From: Oopsacas minuta
Taxonomy: Eukaryota; Animalia; Porifera
Assembly (NCBI GenBank): GCA_024704765.1
Contig: JAKMXF010000342.1
Location: 124,001 to 188,000, forward strand
Length of the DNA: 64,000 bases
Direction: 5' to 3'
Positions 27,589 through 39,228 of the stretch are shown one piece after another (position 1 is the stretch's first letter; each line of letters opens with the position of its first letter). The notes under the pieces are model-generated. The model saw only the letters and a program-made list of their open reading frames with translations. It made no database searches and was not told the origin of the DNA. The position numbers and the translations under genes were made by a program.

Positions 27589-29517
27589 TATAGTAGATAA
27601 ATGTGTTTCTCTTTATCAGAAGGATTCAATATGCACTCTTAACTTATCGTAGATGGAATTATGTCAATAGCTTACCATAGCAACTAACATTGATGGGATG
27701 GTTGTCAGATGTAATTCCTCGAAGAAAAACTTATTTTGAATAAGAATTTGAATGCAGCTAATTATCCCAGAACTAACGATATCACTTTGAGATTTTCGTC
27801 AAGGGAACTGCTTTTTATCATGACTGGAACAGAAGAAGTTAAGAACACGACCATGTTGCAGAGAATACTTCGATACATCTGAAATTTGTAATCACACCCA
27901 GTAAGTGCCTGGCCATCATACTGAACTTGTTGTTACAAATACTTTTCGTACAAAAGTAAAATGACATAATTACCAACTTGTTTATTATTTGGCAGAATAA
28001 CTAAAGTTTTGATAGTGTCGATATCCTGACTATTTAACTTGGGTAAAAGAGAATAGCTAGATAAGGCATAAAATGTCGAAGATCATGATAAGCAGCATTT
28101 TAGATATACCGCATCATTATTGCAAATCTCAGGGCTTTCGTAGAATCGAGGGGTCTTCCTTTAGGGCTATAGTAACTTCTATCAAGTAGCTCTTTTATTA
28201 CTTCAGTCTCAGTTGAAGGGCTTTGATTTTACAGTAATAAGGTAGATCCACTAGCATGTGGAGATAAGTAAGCTCGGAACCTTGGCATTTGCGATAATAT
28301 TGGGCAAGGAGAGAGGCATGCTTTCATAACTAAGTTTTACTTCGAATGAATCTTTACGCTTTTACATTCCTTATTGTATATTATTCTGTGAAGTATTTCG
28401 ACACGATAAGCAGTCACACATTCTCCACAATTCTCGACATTGAAACCTATATATTCTGCAGCTGTATGAAAAATTTGGCGATGTCACCTAAATATTTGGA
28501 TTCAAATACTGATTTGGACAATGGCATTTGGTTTGGTTGATAGATACGAACTTTGGGATCTTTTCTTGGACTTTGAGAATGACTCCGAGACTCTTTGGAA
28601 TCGTTTCAGGGTGAATAGTGGGAATGGGGTGGAGAGCATAGTTTAATCGAATTGTTTTGGATTTCGTACGAGATATTTCTCAGAGAAATGGGCTATACAG
28701 ATAGTTGAGTATTTCGTAGCAGAAAATCCCTTCGACTGGTAACTTTGTCCACTTCGCTCGTAATTCCATATTATCTGGAAACTTGATGACCTGTTCACTT
28801 GTTTCTGAAATTAAATAATTTCTCTTGCCACCAGTAACAACACACTTGTTTGGCATCTAGGAGTATGAATAATCTATGTATAATAAGATAAAGATAATGT
28901 CGTGTCGAATTCGACATATTTGGACACATATCCCGATGTTTGTTATAAGTAAATAACCGAAAGGCATACTTGAGTATTAGCTTATGTATATAACTATGAC
29001 TATTCGTTCCTGTAAACCTCTCTCAAAGAGTTGTCACAAGTGCCCAATTAAGAGGGAGTCAACTATAAAGAGTAATAAATAATTATAATTCAGTTTGCAC
29101 ATGTGCGTAAACTACTTTCAAAGGAGAATGGTTGATATCATGGTTGATTAATAAAGTATTTTTATACAATTTTCGAAATGTCGAAATTTGCTTTGGCATC
29201 ATTACCCACAATTGTTTCGACGCATAATCATGCGTAATGTGTCTGTTGTAATATCTAGTACAATTCATCATTTGGAAATACTCTTCTATCTGATATATAG
29301 ACGGAGTTATAGCCATTCTAGTATTCCATTACTGCATCATTTAGCAAAAATATACAAAAATTTATGAATGTGTCCAAACATTCATGTTTTGTCGATTTTT
29401 CAATATCTGACTTTTTGAAATTTTTGCTTTGTCTTCACCACCTCCACTATGGTGTCCAATGTGTCTATCCTAACCTATATTACACTTCATGAATTAGAAG
29501 TGTTACTTTAGCTATTA

Positions 29518-31799
29518 CACAGGTCAACAAAATTTAACTTCATTTTCTCATCAAGTATTAGATTGACATTTTCTAAGCTAGTATTCTACGCTGAATTCAA
29601 ATCTGCTTTCAGATTCTTTCCAGCATGTCCAGTTTTTTTCTATCTACAAGTCAACGATTTTTATGTATTTCCTAAATTTTTCCTGTTATTTTATGGTAGT
29701 GGCTATGTTTTTGCCTTCTTACATGATAGCTATCTGAAATAAATCAACGTTTCGATGTTTTTAGATTAATGCCAAGACAATATCAGTTGTTATCCTAGCT
29801 CTTACATATAATTATTCACATTCATGCATGTATCAACTACTCACAAACTAAAGGGAAATACATATCCATCTAGAAGTATAAAGGTAGCTAACTAAACTAA
29901 AAGTGTTGAGAGTACGACTTCCTTCTATATATCTTGTTGGGATTATCTCTGAAGAGCCTCCAACAGTAATCGGACATCATGCCCTCATTCCAGAAACCTT
30001 GGTATCGGGTTTCCATCTCCTGTATGTCTTGGTGGAATCTCTCACCCTGTTCATCACTTACAGTACCAAGGTTCTCAGGGAAAAAATCAAGGTGAGAGTG
30101 CAAGAAGTGAAGTTTTAGCGACATGCGACAGCCCATCTTCTCGTATGCGTTAAGCAAGGTTTCCACTCCTTCTCTGTAGTTGGACGACTTCTTGTTGCCC
30201 AAAAAGTTTTCACAAACCCATTTGAAAGATTTCCAAGCACTCATTTCTAATTCGGATAATTTCTTCTCGAAATCTGGAACTCTGAATACTTGTCTGATTT
30301 GTGGTCCTACAAATACTCCCTCTTTGAACTTTGCCTCGCTTAGTTTCGGAAATTTGCCTACCAAATGCAGAAATCCTGCTGAATTTGTTTTGCCCATTGT
30401 TTTCATTAATCCAAGTTTAATATGAAGTGGGGGTAAGAAAACTTTGTTTGGATCTACCGATGGCGAATGCTGTAAATTGGTTTTCCCCACTTCATAGGTC
30501 TCTTCGGCCAATCACATTTTTTATAATGTTCACCAGTTGCTCGGCTGTCCCATAGACATAGGAAACAACAATACTTTGTAAAACCTTGTTGCAAGCCCAT
30601 CAATAGCCCGATTATCTTAAGATCACCGCAAATATTCCATATATGTGTTCTATACTGTATTGCCTCCAAAGCTTCCTGCAAATTGGCGAAGGTTTCTTTG
30701 AGATAGACGGAGTGAGCAATTGGAACGTCAGGCTTAAGATTTCCGTTATGCAACAGGACAGCTTTCAAACTGCGTTTTGACGAGTCGATGAAAAGGCGCC
30801 ATTCAGAGGAAGAATGTTGTTGTAATAGGTTTGCATAGAGTCCTTCGATATCATTACAATAGCACAGTGGACCATCAGTGGTGTAGTGTTGAGCGAGATC
30901 GAAATTTCGCTTGCAATAGTGGGATACTAGGACATCTTTGTCGAGTAGGTTTTTCTGTTTGAGCCTGGATGCAAGGAGTTCAGCTTTGTCTTTAGATAAG
31001 TCTAGATCCCTGACCAGGTCATTCAATTCTCCCTGTGTTAATGTTTGTGGCTCTAGTAATTCATCTTCCGGGACATAATTAGCATCTGTAGAATCTGCAT
31101 GAACATCCTCCACCATATCTGACCCGATTTTAATTTGCTGTGGCTTGGGAATTGGGATTGGTAATGAGATGTCGTGTGGAATTGGCCTGCGAGCAGAATC
31201 CAAGTCTGGGTAAACAAGAGCGTGCTTATTCTTGGCTGAGAATCCTCTAATGTCGATAAGGCAACAGTAACAATCATCAAGGTGATTTATCTGTTCCCTC
31301 CAGACCATGGGTATTGTAAATGACATTGAAACTTTCCTTTTGTTCAACCAATCACGTAGTCCACTTGAACAAGAAGTGCATATAACATGTGGTGCCCACG
31401 ATTTGTCTTGGTCACCAAGTGGACATTCGAAGTACAATTTGTATATGTTCTTTAATTGATTTGTGATTGGTCGTCTTTGTGATTTTACACAAAAAAGACC
31501 ACAAACGTAACAGAAATTGTCGGGATGAGTTCTACAATTACGATGCATGTTTATAATTTGATTTGCTTGAATTCAAATAAGTAAAGTCATTTATATTCCG
31601 GATAATTGAATCAAAATAGGCATGCTCATATAGCAATTTAGTAACTAGGTAATACTATACTATTGAAAAAATGGATATTGGATTTCAGAATAACTATAGA
31701 CGTGCTAGAGAAATTCTGATTGCAGATTCGAGTTCAGCATTCAAAAGTATGCTAAGATAAATTTATGTGATCTCTGATGAGAAATCATGTTGAGTTGTG
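29518..31799 (-). mobile_element. Chapaev3-like transposon, copy A (2282 bp, frameshifted transposase)
   Basis: Ends CACAGGTCAACA and TGTTGAGTTGTG. ORFs 30454-31548 and 29897-30511 translate identically to 51110-52204 and 52147-52761. Confidence 0.9.
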
Positions 31800-32614
31800 T
31801 AATATTAGTAAATTATTATGTATAATTGTTGTGTATTATTCAAATAACTAGTAGAGTTTCTCAAATAAAATTAAACAAGCAACGTAGTCAATACTTCCAG
31901 CACCAAAATTTGGAATTAGAATGCGACCCCCGCAGAAAAAAGATTGCCCACCCCTACTCTAGAAGATATGACATGGCACCTTTGGGACCAATGTCAAGTC
32001 TGTACGGATTATACAATCCTTCCAATAATCAAACAAAATGATGAGCATTGCCACTTCAGATGTGTGAAAACACTACACATTGTAGAGGGCCTAAGTCTGA
32101 ATATTTCATCCATCATATATTCGCTTCTAAATCATCTCTAACTCGAGATATTAACCTTTGAAAATTTATTTGGTTATGATGATGTAGCAAAAGCCTCTAT
32201 CAGCCATTAGCCTTTCGGCGGTTCAATATGAGATTTTATTATGATTAAAGAGAACACGTAACCAGAGGCGTGGCCAGGGTGCGGCATGTAGGGCACATAC
32301 AGCACCTAAATTTGCTTGTGTACACCAAAGTTATAAAAGAAATGTATTACATGTACATGCCTCTCCCGCTTCTTTGCCGCAGGTATGCAGCACGTTCGTG
32401 CGGCTTAGCTACATATCTGCAAGTAATCTAATGTTAGTGGGCATTCCCAGTGTCAAATATGTGTACTTTCGCTAACATACACGGAATAGTGACAAGATGG
32501 TCAGTGATCATAGAGATTTAGCATGAATCAAAAACACAACCCGGAGTCCCATCCCGCTCGGACCTTCTGTAAAACAATGGTCATTTTAGTCGTGTGCATT
32601 CCTATACTGTGCTG

Positions 32615-35605
32615 CACAGTGGCTGAAATGATCAGAATGTGGAAATAGGCATTTTGATGGCACGTAGGTCCACAGAATGTATTATTGGCGTATAGGTTTT
32701 CGACCCCAACGAATCGAATGGTATACTCATTTTTCTCTATCCATTCAGGTGACAAAGTTATGACGTCACTATCACTTATCTGAGGTGTGAAAATTCCCCA
32801 AATTTTCTATTAATCGATTGAGAGGTTTACTTTTAATCATCATTATGATATTCATGAACATGAATAAGGGTGTTCACTAAAATATCTTGGCTACATCTAA
32901 GTATTTGGCTAGATGGAGGCCTTGGAATAGAAACATGCGATTCATTAACAGCATGGGATCACTGTGAGAAATCAATCAAACAAATACATCCTTTAAATTT
33001 TCTTCAAATAATAACTTGCGAACAAGACGATCTCTGTATCTCCGAATATATTTGTTAGAAGCCTCTAGTCCTTCTTCAGATATGTTCTCTAGCCCATGTC
33101 CATCATTAAACATTGAGATGATTTCCGGTACACGTGCTAACAGTTTATGTAACGTCGGCGAAACATTAGCCCAAGGAAATGCACAGAGAATTGACTGGTA
33201 GATATTACTGCAAACAAGCGCTAGTTCTTCAGTATCCACTCTTCTGCTGCTATTATAGATGCGCAGGATTGCTCCTAGGCATGTGTGAATTTCAATTCTG
33301 TGGGGTTTGAACTCAGACGGGGTCACTGTCAAAACCCAGTAGAGGAAATCTTGATCGTTGTCATCCTTTCTTATCAAGCATCGTCTTACCACATTACCAG
33401 TAGTCGTTGTGCCACCTTGTGTTGAAGGGATGTCAATGATAATATTGAGATTGTCTTTAATTAAACTTGTAATGAAAGTTTTAGCACCTGAGACTCACCT
33501 AGAAGTTGGTGACCACTTAAATACTCCTGCGTGCAAATGGCTAATTAGATGTAAAACCAGCCAAAACATCGGAGATATGCATGCAAAGGCGAACTGGGTA
33601 TGATTTCTTAGTTAGATATTGGTCTGTGTGTAACGTTGAATCTGTTGTCAGAAGATAATGATAGAAACTCCTCTTCGTTAACTTCATCAAATAATACTTT
33701 GAGGTCTGTGATGGATCGATTAATTGGAAAACCGTCTTTTACGATATCAGGATCATGGATATGTTTGAATGTCGCTGTGCAGAATTGGCAACATGCACTC
33801 CCAGCTTCACTAATAAATCTTAGCCATTTTGCTATTCAATTGTGAACGTTGAATTTCAACTTCACAAAATCCGCTTGTTAGTTCTAAACCATTTTCCGTT
33901 ATCTCTGTGGACTCCTTATTGATTAGGGTATCCATAAGATATCGAATATTGTCTTCGTTCTCCTGTAGAGCTAGTATCGCAGCGGGTCAAATTGAGAAAT
34001 GAGAATTTGGTAGAGGGTTTTTCCAAATCAGTTTGTTATTGATGTCGGATATGGAAATCACCTTAAACCCGAATAAAATAAAACATTTGTTGAAATATTG
34101 GGGTGAGCAGCTTGCTTATGAACTCTGTGAGAGCCAGAACCGTCAAGTCCATCTGAAATTCGCATCTTTTTAGGATTGCTGGCGCTGGGAATTTCATTGG
34201 CAGAAGCAGTCAATATTCTGTTTACTGTATGAGTCAGAAGCTTTTTGTAAGATACAGCAATGCCTACCCGATGTTCTCTATCAACTGAAAAGATGTCATT
34301 AGTCAAGCAAATTTGAGATCGATGGGTAGCTAATCGATTGTAACCTGGAAGCTGGACATCTGAAAGCAATAAACATCTTAAATCGATGTATTTCTTCTTT
34401 CCAATTTCTAAAGAATCCATCAAGAACGCACTTTGATCGCAGGTTAGTTTATTGCAGACTGGACCGAAGCTTCCCTTAGCAATAATTTCTTTACAGAACT
34501 TGGTAGTAGTAAAGTCGTATTCAGTCTGTGAACATAGCATCATCGGGTAACAGGATAGTTTTTTACTGGAAACATTCTCCTGTACAGCAACATTTTAAGA
34601 TGTGTTAATAAAGAGGACAATGGGCTGCGAAGACCTTTAGTTGATAATTCCCTCAAAGGCTTACGGGTGACCATACTAAAATCTTCTTCGAAAACAGAGA
34701 TTGATTGGCTAGAAGAAACACTCCCAATCACCATGACTACATCTGAGCATTGATAACCTGTACTTAATCTCGGGTGTTTAAGTGATATGTGAAAAGGTAT
34801 CGCATTCCAAGTAGTTATATCGGCTCATTTCAGGTATTCTCTCCTATCTTCTCTGAGGGTCGAAAAATTTCTCCGAACTGTATCATGCTCTGTTTCTCCC
34901 GAATCATTGAGGACAATAAACAAAGACGCGAGAGAAGTGATTGTTTTGTGCTTTTGTGCAGTTAAGAACGTGTATGCATCTTCGTTATTCATAATGAAAA
35001 TGTGCTAACCAACAACCACAACAATTATTTATGATTTATATGGGCCAAAAATTAGATAATTGTGAATGGATTACATTTTAAAATGCCGCAAAAGTATCGT
35101 TGACACTTCCTGACACCGTAATTTAAAGAGTATATGTAGAGGACGCAAAGAGCTATTAGGAAAGTGTAATGGAAGGTTCCGCAAGTGAAGGCAAAAAGTA
35201 CCAGAGTTTTAATGAAACATGTTTCTATTTATTGCAATTGCACGAACAAGTTTGTTTAAAATGAGAATAGTAAATTCCATCTGTTCATTGGAGCCAAGAA
35301 TAACGTGATTTATTATTCAGCAACATAAGAGCTTTCGATTGGTACACTATAAATAGCAGGCATTTGATGTGGAGAATCCAAATCATTCAAAATTACATCA
35401 TGACCAAAAATTGATACCATAAATCAATCTTTCGAATTTCAGTTATTCTCTCATTGCAATAGACATAGGAGCTAAATGGAAAGTCTATTGTAGAGATGTC
35501 AAATGTTTTCCGAGGTTTGTGGGGGTGATGAATTCAAAAATCAACATTATAGAGCAATTTGAGATTATATTTTTTCCACCCATTTCCACATGCCGTGACA
35601 TTGTG
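32615..35605 (-). mobile_element. Transib/RAG1-like DNA transposon 2, decayed
   Basis: Ends CACAGTG (32615) and CATTGTG (35605); perfect 5-bp TSD TGCTG. Motifs RISDGLDGSG, SPTLHKLL and SEEGLEASNKYIRRYR across 32976-about 34990. Confidence 0.85.
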
Positions 35606-36049
35606 TGCTGGAGTAGACTCTCGATAATCAGAATAGCAGGGCAAACATTTAGTTGTGAAAAGTGTTCGAAATTCATATCGACAAAATGCTATAATCTACT
35701 TTGGTGCTTGGTTTTCGGATCGTGTGACCATTTCGGCCCAAATAGTAATAAATAAGCTATCAAATATGCGAAAGTTCAATTCCAAATTTCACATACGCCT
35801 GAGTTATATGAAAATACACTATTTCAGCTATCCGAACACCAAAATGAGAGTGCATAAAAAAGGTGTTGTGCACTGTAATAGTATAAAAGAAGCAGATTAA
35901 AGTGAATCAAATTTAGGAAATTTTGATCGATATATTCGGGTGTGAACAAAAAATAACAAATATTTTCTGGACAAGGGATAAATACGAAGTGCATTGTAGT
36001 TGATTAGAAGACAAAACATAAAAATAAATAAATATTTTGAAGGTATGAT

Positions 36050-36850
36050 CAATTATCACAAATATAATGTGATAAATCACACATTTCTCACCTTGAAATA
36101 TTTTCAGCTCGAAAAGAAATCATGTTATCGCCAAATAGGTTGATATGTTGGAAAATGCTAACGCTATAAAACGAATAGTATTGATCTAGAATTTCCAAGT
36201 TCAACTATGAAGTAATCGAAATATATTTTTGTACAAAATATCAAAAAATTGTCATGATAAAGTTGGCTAGTTCTTGAGCTACAGCTGAAGCCATGGATTG
36301 CACTTCTATGTGAATACTCACTTAAAACTGGATAATCGTTACAGTTATAGTTTTATCAGGGTACCCAAATTATAATACACACCGAACTTCCTATAGCCTG
36401 GTAATACATTATGATGTGATATCTCACAAGAATATTCCGCAATCTATAAAATGACAATATGCATTCATGATTGCGTCACGACGAGATATGACATCAAAAA
36501 GTATTATCAGACTATGGGAAGTTAGGTATATATGATTGGCCATCTTGATAGTACTATAACTGTAACGATTATCGAGGTAAAGTGAATATTGACACAGAAG
36601 TGAAACCCATGATTCCAGCTGTAACTCAATAACTATCCAACTCTAGCATGACAATTTTTAGATATTTGTATAAAAATATATTTGGATTATTAGTAAGTTA
36701 AATTTGAAATTAAAGAAAATTGTAAATTTATTGATTTAGCAGTTTTCCAACATATCAGCTAATTAGGCTATTACATGAAGTCTTTCAGACCTGAAAATAT
36801 ATTTTAAATGTGGAATGTGTGATTCATCTCATCATATTTCGAAACTTGAT
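36050..36850. repeat. About 800-bp imperfect palindrome (fold-back element)
   Basis: Arms pair across a centre near 36450. Examples: GATAATCGTTACAGTTATAGT / ACTATAACTGTAACGATTATC; CGCAATC...GATTGCG; ATATATTTTTGTACAAAATATC / GATATTTGTATAAAAATATAT. Outer limits are approximate. Confidence 0.8.
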
Positions 36851-39228
36851 GATAGCATCAATATATTTGCTATTATCATGAGTTACAGAATTGGAATCAA
36901 CAATAGTACACTTCTTGATTATCTCTGGGCCAGGGAAATAATTATAGTTTCTAGTCTTATATTACATAATTCAGGTTTCAGGCTAAAATTTGATGACCTC
37001 TAACTTAGATGCAGCAAAATTGATGAATTCTTTGTACTCCATCAAAAACATCTGCTTGAATGTCCCTAAGATTAAGTTGTGTATATAGATTTTTGCAGAA
37101 TTGATGAAAAGAAAATTATGTAGATTTCTGAAAGTTAGTCCAAAAGACGCGAATATCTCACAATGAGCAAACCATGTCGCATCAACAGCTATTGATCTAG
37201 ATCTCTAGTGGTTCTAGTGAACACAAGAATAGGCAAAGTTCGTTAGCAAAATGTATCCATCGATTTTAACCTATATAATTGGTCAAACAAGGTTTGTCAA
37301 ATCATATCATTCTATGTACTAAGGTAAAGGTAGTCACTAAAATAATTGGACCATGGATGCACCAATTTATTCAATTTAAAATTATTCTATATCACTGTAT
37401 ACCTGTAATTACGAATTTATTGGTCATCCCGTCCACCAAATGTCATCAGCATGTGTTAAATCTATAAACAGCATCGTCTTTTATGCAAATAGAATAAAAT
37501 TATCAAATTATGTGCAGTTTATACAAGTCATAATACAATAAACATATATTACATCAACATCAACATTCTAAAGGATTTGGTTTTAGTCTTTCTAGCAAAC
37601 AATATATTTTGTACTCTCCTACCACAATATAGAAACATAATAAGGAGAACGTCCTGGCAGGAAGGGCCTCTAGTACCTTTGAAATACACCTGGAAGTCGA
37701 AAGATTTGGGCCTCTTAGAATCTTTGTTGATAATTGCGGCTTCGTGAACCTCAACCTGCTATTTCTCGGTTTCATAAACTCAGGTCTAGCAGCCATTCTT
37801 CGTCCACTTGCAATTGGATTTCTCAAGCTAGTTCCATTTACGAACCCATTCGTTATTATCAACACTCTCTAAAGGGACTCTGCCAGAACGGAAACTATAA
37901 CCTCAACTCATTGTCCTTCAATAACAAGAAAAGATCAAAAAATAACAGTAGAGCTCGGATAGGAAATTCAAACGAAAATTGGTATGTGATAACTGAAGTA
38001 TGTCTTATCCGAATATTCAGCCTATACAATGGATAGGACAATATAAAATACATTTAGAGAATGGTATGTACTAACAGAAGTCAGCAAAAGCAGAGTAAGT
38101 ACTAATCAAGTTGTACTGTATCTACTATAGTGGCTTTTTCTATTTCGTGCAATGGAAAGTAACTCTTTAAGGACCAAAATACCCTGAAAAATAGCCTGAC
38201 ACTAATATATCGAGCAGGAGAGCACGCTGACTATTCTTGTAAACACAGAACTTTCATCGACGAATCATGGCATGTTGAACATGTATTATGGATTGAAAGA
38301 AAGGGTAGAATTACAATAATGCACCTAATGTATTGATGACACATTTCAACTATCTGTTGGTGTTTGTGATAGAACTCGCTGAGAGAGGATCCTCAGGACA
38401 AAGTACACAAGATCGGACAAAAACAGACGAAGTTACAAAAATTTCCTAAATAAGCCGAGTACTATGGAGGAATTATATTAGTAACTATGTTGAAATAATG
38501 CTGAGGAATTCTAAACAAACTACTATAGGTAGTATAGGCGGAATTAGGATCAATTGGGTGGTCACTGGCACACCTTGAAATCAGTGCACCCAGCAAGATT
38601 CAGTTCCATAATAACACCAAAAATATAGAGAGGATGGGCAAGACGTGATCTCGTCCACCCCGAATCGGACCCCTAGTTGTGCCATTGCCATATGAATGAC
38701 ATATTTAATCTTGTGGAATTTTCACGCTTTTGTCAGTTACCTCTTTCATGACTATAATTGATTGCGAAACATTTAAACAACCTATAATGTATGATGTGGC
38801 GTTGAAACTGGATATTTAGATCAACGATAATGCATGATTTAGATCAACGCTTGATGATAATTTTGTTCAAGGGGGATTATTTCCCTTTACTCCTTAATAA
38901 TTAAACGCGCGAACGAGTGTAGAGAGTATTGGAGGGAAGCAGAAATGAACACGAATGACGCGCGAATCGCGCTATATCAAGTCTTCGGAGAATTGTAAAA
39001 GGAACAATAGATATTTTCTAGCAATTCCTAGAAAACAAGTCCAAATTTCGACTCAATTTTCTATCAAAATCAGCACCAAAGCAGGACGAGTGTTATCTTA
39101 GCAGCCGATTCAGCAGCAGATTCAAATCCCCACTAAAACACCTTTTCTCAAAAAGTATGGGTTCTATTTTGAAAAGGACCATCCAGTGTCAAGAAGAAAG
39201 TTGGTACATTTCATATCACCACTCATAA

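Noticed and set aside
27700-28350. LINE ORF2 remnant
   Set aside because: Only a vague resemblance; no continuous RT motifs.
14690-35605. Complete RAG system (RSS nonamer, RAG2-like partner)
   Set aside because: There is no ACAAAAACC-like nonamer at 12 or 23 bp from the heptamers, and no recognisable kelch/RAG2-like ORF in either element.
37560-37865. CR1-like 3' end or small gene
   Set aside because: No diagnostic motif and no splice support.
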